A stretch of DNA of 60,238 nucleotides, filler included. It is 6 parts of 6 records of this genome, joined end to end, with 100 filler letters (N's around TTAATTAATTAA, not from the genome) between each part and the next. Parts side by side here need not be neighbours in the genome. Positions count along the whole stretch, not along the records: positions 37,445 to 47,387 come from DRR723986_6923; positions 47,488 to 60,238 come from DRR723986_6924; 4 more parts are not named here. One strand, given 5' to 3'. Below the pieces are notes generated by a model that did no database searches, was not told the origin of the DNA, and saw nothing but the letters and a program-made list of their open reading frames with translations. This document shows positions 39,514 to 49,058 of this stretch, piece after piece. Each line of letters opens with the position of its first letter. Position 1 is the stretch's first letter. Both the position numbers and the translations under genes were made by a program.

Positions 39514-41562
39514 CTAGCCCGCGCGCGCGCTGCGTGGGCGGAAATTGGTCTGCGATGATACGGCAAAGCGGCCATTTGGCATTTTGCGCAGGCGGCCCTG
39601 GCGCAGCAATGTGCCCAGGCTGCGCATGCCGTCTTCGCGGCTGAAATCATGGCCCAACGCGTTGCGCGCATGGGCCAGCAATTGCGGGCGGGTAAAGGCC
39701 TCGTGCCCCTCGATATCGGCCATATAGGCGGCAGCCGCTTCTAGAATTTCAGCCAGGCTGGTAGCACCGGACTGATCGACAAAATCCACAAAATCCGGTG
39801 CATTTTCGGCAGCTTTTGTTGCGATCTGCGGGGTTGGTGCCGGCACCTGCACCCGGCGTGGGCGCACCAGCGTGCTGTCTGCGGGCGATGGGCTGGCAGG
39901 CTGCGGCGCGGCTTGGGTATCGATGCGCTGTTCGGCCACCAGGCGCAAAGGCGCGGCTTGGGTGGCGCTGGCCGATTTCGCGGCCATCATCGCCTCGCCC
40001 AAGCTAAGGGGTGGCTTTTGCGCGGGCACCGGGCGCACCACATCGGCCAGATCGGCGCGATAGGCCGCGCCACTGCCGTCGGGGCGCGGTGCGGTGCCGG
40101 CGGCAATGTCGGCGCGGGTGGCGGCCACGGCTGCGCGCAAATGCGCAATCGCTTTGTGGCGGTTGGCGGTGTCGGGCTGGCCCATTTCCTTATCGGTTTT
40201 TGCCAAAAGCCGCTGCATATCGGCATCGGTGCCGGCCTGCGACAGGCGCGGCTGTGGGTTTGGTGCTGCGGGGGGCAGATCTGCAAAAAGCGCGTTATCT
40301 TCGATCTCAGCAATGTTGTCTGCCGTGTCAGCGCCTGCATCTTGGGCGCCCGCGTCGCCGGCCAGGGCGCTTTCAAGCTCGGCCTCGATTTCGGCCAGTT
40401 CGCGGCGCAATTCTGCCTCGTCTTCTGCGGGCAACGAGCTGGCCACCCCGCCCGCCTCTGCCCCCTCTACAGCGGTTTCGGGGGCCCATAGGCTGGGGCT
40501 GTCTTCGCTGTCGTCTTCGTCATCGATCGGCTCTAACCGGCCGGCGGCCAATGCGGCCTCGAAATCGGCGCGGCGCATTTTCATCACGCGCGGGCCCGGC
40601 GCTGCATCATGCAAGGGCTGGGCTGTGTCGGTGTCGTCTTCGTCGAATGTTTCGATTTCGATCATGTCCTCGTCATGATCACTTTCAGGCCCCGCCGCAG
40701 CCTTGGCGCTGGCAGGCGCCACTGTGGCTGCGGCGTCGGGCCCTGCCCCTTGGGTTGTGTCGCGGTCGAGCAGACCCGCGGCATCAACCCCATCCGCATC
40801 CAGCGGGTTGGGGGGCGCTGGCGGTTGGGCATCAGAATATGCGCCAAGGCCGGCCATGGTGTTATCGGTGGTGTTTTCGCTTGTGTTTTCTGTGGCGTCT
40901 TCGGGCAGATCGTCGGCGGTGTATCCCGCGCTGTTTTGGGCGGCGGCCAATGTGGCCTCTTGAACGGCGCTAAAGTTGTCCTCGCCCTCGCCCTCATCCT
41001 CGCCGATGTCGGCGGCAATATCGGCCGCAAGGCTGGCCAGATCGGCCTGTTCGGGCATGGCATTCGTGGCCGGTGTCGCCATAAAGGCCGCAGCGGTCAA
41101 AAATGGTTCGGCGTGCTGATCTTCCGAGAAATCCTGCGCCGCGGTATCGGCCCCTGCCACAACCTGGCGGATGCGCTGCAACCGCGCGGCAATGCTGTTA
41201 TCACCTATTTCAGCCTTGGCCGCGGGCTGTGGGCTGGGGGCAGGTTGGGGGGCCGCGTTGGCCTGTGGCAGCTGCACTTGTGGCAGGGCTGGCGCCGGGC
41301 TGGGTGCCGGGGCCGGGCGCAAAATCAAACGATCGCCGTTTTGTTCGGCCGAAACGGCAAGCGCGCTGCGGCGGGCGGCCAGCTGCGCCAGCATTTCACC
41401 ATCCAGTTTTGGCGGCTCTGCGCCGAAATAGCGGTCATCAGCGGCCAAATCGCGGAAATATTCTGAAATGGCTTTCATCATTTCAAATGAATCATCGAAG
41501 CCTTCCAAAGTGCAGGAAAAGGTTCCGTAAGAAACAGTTAAAATTTTACTTGTACCAACCAT
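39514..41562 (-). CDS. Conserved hypothetical protein with a long acidic low-complexity core
   Basis: KILTVSYGTFSCTLEGFDD N-terminal domain; D/E/A/P-rich linkers; C-terminal wHTH-like FSREDGMRSLGTLLRQG; ATG at 41562. Confidence 0.85.
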   Translation of the reverse strand: MVGTSKILTVSYGTFSCTLEGFDDSFEMMKAISEYFRDLAADDRYFGAEPPKLDGEMLAQLAARRSALAVSAEQNGDRLILRPAPAPSPAPALPQVQLPQANAAPQPAPSPQPAAKAEIGDNSIAARLQRIRQVVAGADTAAQDFSEDQHAEPFLTAAAFMATPATNAMPEQADLASLAADIAADIGEDEGEGEDNFSAVQEATLAAAQNSAGYTADDLPEDATENTSENTTDNTMAGLGAYSDAQPPAPPNPLDADGVDAAGLLDRDTTQGAGPDAAATVAPASAKAAAGPESDHDEDMIEIETFDEDDTDTAQPLHDAAPGPRVMKMRRADFEAALAAGRLEPIDDEDDSEDSPSLWAPETAVEGAEAGGVASSLPAEDEAELRRELAEIEAELESALAGDAGAQDAGADTADNIAEIEDNALFADLPPAAPNPQPRLSQAGTDADMQRLLAKTDKEMGQPDTANRHKAIAHLRAAVAATRADIAAGTAPRPDGSGAAYRADLADVVRPVPAQKPPLSLGEAMMAAKSASATQAAPLRLVAEQRIDTQAAPQPASPSPADSTLVRPRRVQVPAPTPQIATKAAENAPDFVDFVDQSGATSLAEILEAAAAYMADIEGHEAFTRPQLLAHARNALGHDFSREDGMRSLGTLLRQGRLRKMPNGRFAVSSQTNFRPRSARAG

Positions 41563-41702
41563 CGTGCATCGCTTTCTGTTGCTTGCAACTGTCCTTATAC
41601 CACCAAGCAGATGCCAAAACGTGAACGATTTTGCGTTCATTGCGGTATCATTTCATGGCCAGATTGTGGCTTTGTTGCCGAAATCGGGGGAAATGGGGCG
41701 AA

Positions 41703-42389
41703 ATGAACGTAATCGTTAACAAATCTGGCCCAATTTTGCTGGTCGGGGGGGGCGAGGCCCCGGTGGCCGAGGTGCAGGCGCTGGCGCGGCAATGCGTGGC
41801 GGTGGTGGCGGCCGATGGCGGGGCAGATGCGGTGCTGGGCGCCGGGCTGGTGCCTGATGCGGTGATCGGTGATTTAGATAGCCTGTCGGCACAGGCGCGT
41901 CTGCGCATTCCTGCCCATCAGATCCATTTTGTGGCCGAACAAGAGAGCACGGATTTTGAAAAGGCCTTGTGCCGCACAGCGGCGCCCCTGGTTTTGGCGC
42001 ATGGCTTTATGGGGGCGCGGCGCGACCATGAATTGGCCAATTTTAACACGCTTGTGCGCCATCCCCACCGGGCCTGTATTTTGCTGGGCAGCAGTGAGCT
42101 GGTGCTGCATGTGCCGCCACATTTGCATGTGGATGTGCCCCAAGATACCCGCGTCTCAGTATTTCCAATGGCGGCGGTGCGGGCGCGCTCGCGCGGGTTG
42201 GTCTGGCCGCTTGATGGGCTGGATCTGGCGCCTTGGGGGCGGGTGGGCACCTCGAATCGGGCCCAAGGGGCGTTTTCGATTTCTCCGCAGGCACCTGGGC
42301 TTTTGCTATTGTTGCCGCGCAGCTGCCTTGATGCGGTGGTTAAGGCGCTGGCTGTGCCCGGCCCGGCCTGGCCCGCGCCCGCAGCATAA
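41703..42389 (+). CDS. thiN: Thiamine diphosphokinase
   Basis: AADGGA, IGDLDS, EQESTDFEKAL, GARRDH, GTSN. Confidence 0.88.
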   Translation: MNVIVNKSGPILLVGGGEAPVAEVQALARQCVAVVAADGGADAVLGAGLVPDAVIGDLDSLSAQARLRIPAHQIHFVAEQESTDFEKALCRTAAPLVLAHGFMGARRDHELANFNTLVRHPHRACILLGSSELVLHVPPHLHVDVPQDTRVSVFPMAAVRARSRGLVWPLDGLDLAPWGRVGTSNRAQGAFSISPQAPGLLLLLPRSCLDAVVKALAVPGPAWPAPAA

Positions 42390-43254
42390 CGAAAAGCCCC
42401 GCCGACACGCTGATGGCAATGCCCAGCTGCGCCATGGCATTGGGCCAGTCGCCAAATATCCATAGGCCCAAAACCGCAGCGACGGGAATTTCCAAATATT
42501 GCAGCGGCGCCAAATCTGCCGATGGCGCAAAGCGCAGCGCATATGTGACCAATAAATGCGCAACCGTGCCCAACACCCCGATACCCAGTAATAATAGGGC
42601 CGTTTGCGGCGATAATGCGCCCCAGGCTGGCGCCGGGCTGTGGGGCGCCCAAAGCGGGGCCAGCACCAGCCAAAGCCCCACCAGCGGTGTGGCCAAAAGC
42701 GCGCTGAGCGCTTGCAATGCAATGGGATCGGCGCTTTGTGCCAAGCTGCGGGTAAGCAGCATGAACAGGGCAAAACACAAGGCCACCATCAGCGGCAAGA
42801 TCGCCGCCGCCCCGGCCATGGTCATGCCGGGCTGAACAATCAACAAAGTGCCGCCAAAGCCCAGCAGGCAAGCCCCAAGCTGGCTGGCGCCAACCCTCTC
42901 GTTCAAAAAGACCCGCCCCAAAACCAACAGCAAGAACGGCATCACAAACACAATCGCCACGGTTTCCGCCAGGGGCAGCTGGCGCAATGCGGCGAACATC
43001 ATGGCGATGGCTGCAAGGTGCAACAGGCTGCGCAGCGCCATCAGCCACCATTGCCGCGCCGTTAGCCGCCATGGGCGCCGCCCAAGCACCACCCACGGCA
43101 GCAAAAGCACCGCCTGCATGCCAAACCTGACCAGCAGTAATTGGCCCAGGCTGATCTGGTGGCTTAGGGTTTTGGCCAGCGCATCCCCCAAGGGGGCCAG
43201 CAGGCAAAAGCCCAGCGTCAATGACACGGCAAGAAGGGGGCGGTGTGCGCTCAT
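42340..43254 (-). CDS. DMT/EamA family transporter
   Basis: Ten TM pattern; LPLAE, FLNERVG, IVQPG, LAPLQY, IFGDWP. Confidence 0.9.
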   Translation of the reverse strand: MSAHRPLLAVSLTLGFCLLAPLGDALAKTLSHQISLGQLLLVRFGMQAVLLLPWVVLGRRPWRLTARQWWLMALRSLLHLAAIAMMFAALRQLPLAETVAIVFVMPFLLLVLGRVFLNERVGASQLGACLLGFGGTLLIVQPGMTMAGAAAILPLMVALCFALFMLLTRSLAQSADPIALQALSALLATPLVGLWLVLAPLWAPHSPAPAWGALSPQTALLLLGIGVLGTVAHLLVTYALRFAPSADLAPLQYLEIPVAAVLGLWIFGDWPNAMAQLGIAISVSAGLFVMLRARARPGRAQPAP

Positions 43255-43417
43255 GCCTGCACGCTAGGGGGGGCTGCGCGCTTTGGCAATCATCAGCTGC
43301 GTGCGGGGCGGCGGCCGCATATATTATTGCCATTATTGCAAACATATTCACGAAATATATTGCGTATGGGCCGGGGCATCTTATCTTTGCACCAAATGAC
43401 ATAAGGGAGGCTTTGCA

Positions 43418-44386
43418 ATGACACGTATCCGTCCGTCGCGCCGCGACATGTTGAAACTGGCCGCGGTGGCACCGGCCTTTGCGCTGCCCGCCCGCGCCAG
43501 CGCCCAGCTGGGCGCGCCTGGGTCTGCCAACCCGGGGTATTTCAATTTTAACATCGGCCAGGCGCGGGTGACGATTTTGTCGGATGGGTATTTTTCACTG
43601 CCCACGTCGGGCTTGGGCGTGAATGCCCCCCGCGACGAGGTAGAGGCGTTTTTAGAGCGCCATTACCAAAACCCCCAGCAGGGCTATTCGCACACCAACC
43701 ATCTCTATGTCGAGCTGGGCGAGGCGCGTGTACTGGTTGATGTGGGCTCGGGCAACCGCTGGTTTGAAACCACGGGCCAGCTGCTGGCCAATATGCAGGC
43801 CGCAGGGATTGACCCGGCAGGCATTACCCATGTGGTCATCACCCATGCGCACCCCGACCATATCTGGGGCATTCGCGATGATTTTGACGAGCCGATTTTC
43901 CCCGATGCGCAGTATTTTATTGGGCGGGCGGAATATGAGTATTGGATGCAAGATGAATTGGTGAACAAAGTCGCGCCGGAAGAGCAGCAATTCGTTCTGG
44001 GCGCGGTGAATTCGATCAGTGCCGAGGGGCTGGATTGGGGGCTGTTGAGCAACGACCAAGAGGTGGCGCCGGGCATTCGGGTGATCGATACCCCCGGCCA
44101 CACGCCCGGGCACCAAAGCGTGGTGGTGGAGTCAGAGGGCAAGCAGCTGATCGCGCTGGGCGATGCTATGAGCCATGCCTATACGAATTTTGCCCATCCC
44201 GAATGGTTCAACAATTTCGATGCAGATGGCGCGCAAACCGTGGCCACACGCCAACGCCTGCTGGATATGGCGGCAACCGATCGTATGGCGGTTTTGGGGT
44301 ATCATTTTCCCTTCCCCGGCGTCGGCCATGTGATGCGCGAGGGCGATGCCTTCCGCTTTGTTCCGGCGCTTTGGCAATTCGGGTAA
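43418..44386 (+). CDS. Tat-exported MBL-fold metallo-hydrolase (MPH/OPHC2-like)
   Basis: SRRDMLK Tat motif, THAHPDH, TPGHTPGH, GD, YHFPFPG. Confidence 0.9.
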   Translation: MTRIRPSRRDMLKLAAVAPAFALPARASAQLGAPGSANPGYFNFNIGQARVTILSDGYFSLPTSGLGVNAPRDEVEAFLERHYQNPQQGYSHTNHLYVELGEARVLVDVGSGNRWFETTGQLLANMQAAGIDPAGITHVVITHAHPDHIWGIRDDFDEPIFPDAQYFIGRAEYEYWMQDELVNKVAPEEQQFVLGAVNSISAEGLDWGLLSNDQEVAPGIRVIDTPGHTPGHQSVVVESEGKQLIALGDAMSHAYTNFAHPEWFNNFDADGAQTVATRQRLLDMAATDRMAVLGYHFPFPGVGHVMREGDAFRFVPALWQFG

Positions 44387-44529
44387 GGCCTGCGTTGTGG
44401 TGCCGGGGCGGCGCACCCGCCCCGGTGGTCTGACCTTACGGCCCTCTGGCCAAGCGGGGCTGGCTGGGGTAATTGGCCACAAGCACCGCGCCAAGATTCC
44501 CGGCGCGGCCCAGCATGCAAGGGGACACC

Positions 44530-45666
44530 ATGACCGATAGCGCAAAATTCGAGGCCCCCGGCCCGGTGGAAGAAAACTGGCGGGACGCGATTTCCTCGGT
44601 CGAGGAAATCATCGAGGATGCGCGCAACGGGCGCATGTTCATTTTGGTGGATCATGAAGACCGCGAAAACGAAGGCGATCTGGTGATACCGGCCCAGATG
44701 GCCACGCCCGAGGCGATCAATTTCATGGCCACCCACGGGCGGGGCCTGATTTGCCTGGCGCTGAGCAGCGCGCGGATTGATCAGCTGGGGTTGCAGCTGA
44801 TGAGCACGAATAACTCGTCGCGCCACGAAACCGCCTTTACCATTTCGATCGAGGCGCGCGAGGGGGTGAGCACGGGCATTTCCGCCCATGATCGTGCGCG
44901 CACGATTGCGGTGGCGATTGATGCGGGCAAGGGTGCGCAAGATATTGCCACGCCGGGCCATGTATTTCCGCTGCGCGCCCGCGATGGCGGGGTTTTGGTG
45001 CGCGCGGGCCATACCGAGGCGGCGGTGGATGTCAGCCGCCTGGCGGGGTTGAATGCCTCGGGGGTGATTTGCGAGATTATGAACGAAGATGGCACCATGG
45101 CGCGGCTGCCCGATTTGGTGACATTCGCCCAGCGTCATGGTTTGAAAATCGGAACGATCTCGGATTTGATCTCGTATCGTCGCCGCCATGATAACCTGGT
45201 CAAGCTGCGCAGCGAGCAGCAGGTGCTCAGCGAATTTGGCGGCGAATGGACGATGCGGGTGTTCAATGATGAAACCCAAGGTGCCGAGCATATTGCGCTG
45301 ATCAAGGGCGATATCACGGGCGATGCGCCTGTTTTGGTGCGCATGCATGCCCTGGACCCGCTGCGCGATATGGTGGGGTTGGGCCCCCAGGGCCGCGCGT
45401 TCGAGTTTAGCAATTCGATGAAGATGATTGCCGAACATGGCCGCGGTGTGGTGGTGCTGCTGCGCGATGTGCACATGAAAATGGCGGCCGAGGGCGAGGT
45501 AAGCCCGCAGACATTGCGCCAATATGGTGTGGGGGCGCAGATCTTGTCCAGCCTTGGGGTGGGGCGGATGGAGCTTTTGACCAATTCCGGTGCACCGCGG
45601 GTGGTGGGGCTGGACGCCTATGGTCTGGAAATCATCGGAACCCGCAAGATCACTGGGGATATATAA
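44530..45666 (+). CDS. ribB: DHBP synthase fused to a degenerate GTP cyclohydrolase II domain (RibBX)
   Basis: DRENEGD, GISAHDR, PGHVFPL, GHTEA, CEI; C-terminal domain lacks the Zn-binding Cys residues. Confidence 0.93.
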   Translation: MTDSAKFEAPGPVEENWRDAISSVEEIIEDARNGRMFILVDHEDRENEGDLVIPAQMATPEAINFMATHGRGLICLALSSARIDQLGLQLMSTNNSSRHETAFTISIEAREGVSTGISAHDRARTIAVAIDAGKGAQDIATPGHVFPLRARDGGVLVRAGHTEAAVDVSRLAGLNASGVICEIMNEDGTMARLPDLVTFAQRHGLKIGTISDLISYRRRHDNLVKLRSEQQVLSEFGGEWTMRVFNDETQGAEHIALIKGDITGDAPVLVRMHALDPLRDMVGLGPQGRAFEFSNSMKMIAEHGRGVVVLLRDVHMKMAAEGEVSPQTLRQYGVGAQILSSLGVGRMELLTNSGAPRVVGLDAYGLEIIGTRKITGDI

Positions 45667-45667
45667 G

Positions 45668-46216
45668 ATGGCAGCCAACGAACAGCACTATATTTTGCCG
45701 CGTGCCAGCTTTGATAAGCCGGTGAAAATTCTTATCGTTGTGGCGCCTTATTACAAAGATATTGCCGATAATCTGGTGGCAGGTGCCAAGGCCGAGATCG
45801 AGGCTGCCGGCGGCAGCTGGGAGTTGATCGAGGTGCCCGGCGCCCTGGAAGTGCCCACCGCCATTGCCATGGCGGGGCGGATGGCCAATTTTGACGGCTA
45901 TGTGGCGCTGGGCTGCGTGATACGGGGCGAGACGACACATTACGATACGGTCTGCAATGATAGCAGCCGTGGGATTACCTTGCTGGGTTTGCAGGGCTTT
46001 TGCATTGGCAATGGCATTTTGACGGTTGAAAACCGCGCTCAGGCCGAGGTGCGTGCCGATCCGGGCGCGCAAAACAAGGGCGGTGGGGCTGCGGCTGCGG
46101 CCTTGCATCTTGTGGCGCTTGGCCGTAAGTGGGGCGCTCCGCGCCGGGGCGTGGGGTTTAGACCGGCGTTTGATGAATATCAGGTGGCCGGCGCATCCAA
46201 GGACACCATTTCATGA
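45668..46216 (+). CDS. ribH: 6,7-dimethyl-8-ribityllumazine synthase
   Basis: VPGALEVP, LGCVIRGETTHY, GILT, NKGG. Confidence 0.95.
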   Translation: MAANEQHYILPRASFDKPVKILIVVAPYYKDIADNLVAGAKAEIEAAGGSWELIEVPGALEVPTAIAMAGRMANFDGYVALGCVIRGETTHYDTVCNDSSRGITLLGLQGFCIGNGILTVENRAQAEVRADPGAQNKGGGAAAAALHLVALGRKWGAPRRGVGFRPAFDEYQVAGASKDTIS

Positions 46217-46692
46217 CAGACCGCTCTGCCCGGCAGGCCGCCGACCGCCGCCAACGCAAATCTGCATCGCGCCTTTATGCGGTGCAGGCGCTGTTTCAGA
46301 TGGAACAATCGGGCCAAACCAGCAGCGCGATCGTTGCCGAATTTATCGACCACCGTTTTGGCGCCACCTACGAGGGCGATGAAATGGCCGATGGCCACCC
46401 CGAGGTGTTTCGCACCCTCGTGGAAGAGGCGGTGAACTGGCAGGCAAAGATTGACCAGATGACCGACCGTGCCTTGGTGGAGAAATGGCCGCTGGGGCGC
46501 ATCGATTCGGTGTTGCGCGCCTTGTTTCGGGCGGCGGGTGCCGAATTGCTGACGCAAGACACCCCGCCCAAGGTGGTGATCAAGGAATTCGTCGATGTGG
46601 CCGGCGCCTTTTTTCCCGACGGGCGCGAGCCGAATTTTGTGAACGCTGTGCTGGATCACATGGCGCGCCAGGCCAAGCCCGAGGCGTTTTAG
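46213..46692 (+). CDS. nusB: Transcription antitermination factor NusB
   Basis: RLYAVQALFQ, RID, VVIKE, FVNAVLD. Confidence 0.95.
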   Translation: MTDRSARQAADRRQRKSASRLYAVQALFQMEQSGQTSSAIVAEFIDHRFGATYEGDEMADGHPEVFRTLVEEAVNWQAKIDQMTDRALVEKWPLGRIDSVLRALFRAAGAELLTQDTPPKVVIKEFVDVAGAFFPDGREPNFVNAVLDHMARQAKPEAF

Positions 46693-46796
46693 CCCAACGC
46701 GGCGCGCTGGGCGGCCAAAACCCGCCGGTGCGCCAGGATAGGCCTTGAACATCGGCGCCCAAGGGTTAGCTTAACCCTAGTAGCGGAGGAGTTCCC

Positions 46797-47117
46797 ATGC
46801 CCAAGCTGGTGCGCCTGTATATCGTGAATGTTCTGATCGGCTTTGCCTTGGCTGGGCTGTTCGTGGCGATGATGCTGTATTTCAACATCGCAAACCTGTG
46901 GCATCTGGTCAGCCATTCCGACAAAGGCATTTTGGCTGTGTTCGTGCTGTGGCTGGCCAATGGTATCGTCTTTGCCGGTGTGCAATTTGCCATCGCCGTC
47001 ATGGGCATGAAAGATGATGACGATGACGAGCCGCGTGGCGGCCGGCGGCGCCCGATCCGGGTGGATATGTCGCGCCCGATCATGGTCAAAGCCACCGCAG
47101 GGCGCGGCAAGCGTTAA
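46797..47117 (+). CDS. Small hypothetical membrane protein
   Basis: GGAGGAG SD; two TMs then a DDDDDE and Arg-rich tail. Confidence 0.8.
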   Translation: MPKLVRLYIVNVLIGFALAGLFVAMMLYFNIANLWHLVSHSDKGILAVFVLWLANGIVFAGVQFAIAVMGMKDDDDDEPRGGRRRPIRVDMSRPIMVKATAGRGKR

Positions 47118-47334
47118 GGCGGTTGCGAGCCGCGGAGCGTTGGGCCGCGGCGCGGCGATCCGACGTCCGTGAATGGCACTTTATGCCCGCCAAGTCCGTA
47201 TGACCTTTAGACCTGCGCCTGCATCCGCCAAATCGCTGTGCCGGGGGGCGGCCCAGCGATGCGCGGCGGCCTGTCGGCCTTGCTTCCGCGCAGCCATACC
47301 CAGCCGTTCCATTCCTCAGCGAAAAGTGGCGGGC

Positions 47335-47387
47335 CCGCAGCAACCGTTTGGTTATCTCATTCCCGAGGACCTGTATATACAGGTGGG
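47335..47387 (-). ncRNA. ssrS: 6S RNA, 3' part only (rest lost at contig end)
   Basis: Minus strand CCCACCTGTATATACAGGTCCTCGGGAATGAGATAACCAAACGGTTGCTGCGG resembles the 3' half of Rhodobacterales 6S RNA as recalled; not model-tested. Confidence 0.65.
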
Positions 47388-47487
47388 NNNNNNNNNNNNN
47401 NNNNNNNNNNNNNNNNNNNNNNNNNNNNNNNTTAATTAATTAANNNNNNNNNNNNNNNNNNNNNNNNNNNNNNNNNNNNNNNNNNNN
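47388..47487. other. Artificial contig spacer
   Basis: N44-TTAATTAATTAA-N44. Confidence 0.99.
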
Positions 47488-47489
47488 TG

Positions 47490-47786
47490 ATGCCGATGAT
47501 CAACGAGGCGGTCTATACGCTGTATGAAGGCGTCGGAAATGTCCAATCCATCGATCAATCCATGAAACTTGGCGCCAACCATCCGATGGGGCCGCTGGAA
47601 CTGGCTGACTTCATTGGTTTGGATACCTGCTTGGCGATCATGAACGTTCTGCACGAAGGACTGGCAGATACCAAATACCGTCCCTGCCCGCTCTTGACCA
47701 AATACGTCGAAGCCGGATGGTTAGGCCGCAAAACAAACCGCGGATTTTACGATTACCGCGGTGATACACCCGTACCAACCCGGTGA
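47490..47786 (+). CDS. hbd: 3-hydroxybutyryl-CoA dehydrogenase, 5'-truncated
   Basis: [35 protein letters not shown]. Confidence 0.93.
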   Translation: MPMINEAVYTLYEGVGNVQSIDQSMKLGANHPMGPLELADFIGLDTCLAIMNVLHEGLADTKYRPCPLLTKYVEAGWLGRKTNRGFYDYRGDTPVPTR

Positions 47787-47792
47787 AAAACT

Positions 47793-47815
47793 AAGGGGCC
47801 AAATGGCCCCTTTTT
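47793..47815. terminator. Intrinsic terminator between convergent genes
   Basis: AAGGGGCC-aaat-GGCCCCTTTTT. Confidence 0.8.
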
Positions 47816-47836
47816 GCTGCGCGTCCACACGCAAGA

Positions 47837-48733
47837 TTAGCGTTTTTTACCCAGAGACAGCGTATAGTTTCGCAACCAGGCCATAAATCCACGCGGGTCT
47901 TTTTCTAGGAGCGCCATATCCTGATCGGAAATGGGCTCTCCGATAACCGGAGCCTGTGGTTTATTGCACGACCGTACGATTTCATGCAGCAACAGGCCCT
48001 GCCGCAAAATCGGAGAGACCCGGTTGGCGATCTGATACCATCTGGAATTGCAGCCCGGGAAAAAGATTGGCACCACTGTTGCCCCTGACCGGCGGATCAT
48101 TTTGGCCGTGAAAACGTTCCACTCCTGTTCGATCGCCGGACCAAACAGGCTATCCGACGACATGACAACCCCAGACGGGAACAATGCGACGACACCACCT
48201 TCCTTGAGGTGCGTCATAGTTTTCGCCCGCATTTCCATCATTTTGGCCTGCGCTTCAGGGTCATGGGGAAAAGGGACTGGGATCATGAAAGAGGTCGCGG
48301 CCTCGTCCAAACCCGTCAAAACCGACCGTGTGAGGATGCGATAGTCTTGTCGAACACGGCCAATCAGATCTGCAAAAATCATACCGTCGACCATGCCATG
48401 GGGATGGTTCGCCACAACAACCACAGGGCCATCTTTGGGAATGCGCGCGATCTGTTCTTCGGGGGTTAGCAGTTCGATCCCCATCACATCCAGCGCACCA
48501 CGCCAGAACTTTTGCCCACGATGCTGTTCGTTGATTTTCTCGAACTTCTTAACCATGCGCAGGATCGTCAGCTTACCTGTGCACCACTCGACCAATTTGA
48601 TCAGAGTAGACGTCCAAGCGTCATCAAACGAATTCGCATATGTCAGAGTACGGCGGTCATAGATTTCCCCCTCAGACGCATCCGTCTCAGGCGATTGAGA
48701 AACTTTGTCCTTTTGCGCGGTATTGTCCGTCAC
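47837..48733 (-). CDS. Lysophospholipid acyltransferase family protein
   Basis: NHPHGMVD (HxxxxD), ALFPSG, VVPIFF. Confidence 0.88.
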   Translation of the reverse strand: MTDNTAQKDKVSQSPETDASEGEIYDRRTLTYANSFDDAWTSTLIKLVEWCTGKLTILRMVKKFEKINEQHRGQKFWRGALDVMGIELLTPEEQIARIPKDGPVVVVANHPHGMVDGMIFADLIGRVRQDYRILTRSVLTGLDEAATSFMIPVPFPHDPEAQAKMMEMRAKTMTHLKEGGVVALFPSGVVMSSDSLFGPAIEQEWNVFTAKMIRRSGATVVPIFFPGCNSRWYQIANRVSPILRQGLLLHEIVRSCNKPQAPVIGEPISDQDMALLEKDPRGFMAWLRNYTLSLGKKR

Positions 48734-48774
48734 CTTAAGATCTTTCCGTTCTTCACGATGTCAGACGGGATCGA

Positions 48775-49044
48775 TCAGAATCCTTCGCCAAACTTATCGG
48801 CCACCAAAGCTTCAAGCGCTTCTGCCAACGCCTCAGCATCCGGTCCAGACGTCTCGACGTCAATAGAGGTTCCACGAGAGGCTGCCAACATCAAAAGGCC
48901 CATAATGCTATCGCCTCCGGTAGAAAGCCCGTCTTTTGACACCTCGGCAGAGGCATCAAAACCTTCGACCACCTCAACCAACTTGGCTGAAGCACGTGCG
49001 TGCAAGCCCTTTTCATTAACGATTTTAAAAGTGCGTTGGGTCAT
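48775..49044 (-). CDS. Phosphocarrier protein HPr/NPr
   Basis: GLHARAS, SIMGLLML. Confidence 0.95.
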   Translation of the reverse strand: MTQRTFKIVNEKGLHARASAKLVEVVEGFDASAEVSKDGLSTGGDSIMGLLMLAASRGTSIDVETSGPDAEALAEALEALVADKFGEGF

Positions 49045-49058
49045 ACGGTTTCGCTTGT

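Noticed and set aside
44387-44529. Possible FMN riboswitch before ribB
   Set aside because: The conserved RFN elements (AGGGCGGGGTGAAATTCCC-like and GGATGGGAG-like segments) are not present.
41918-45678. 494-aa and 458-aa minus-strand ORFs
   Set aside because: They overlap thiN/DMT and ribB, which have clear motifs; shadow ORFs.
15449-47487. TTAATTAATTAA repeated five times inside N runs
   Set aside because: Artificial six-frame-stop contig linker, not a biological repeat. ORFs that run into the Ns are truncated genes, not pseudogenes.
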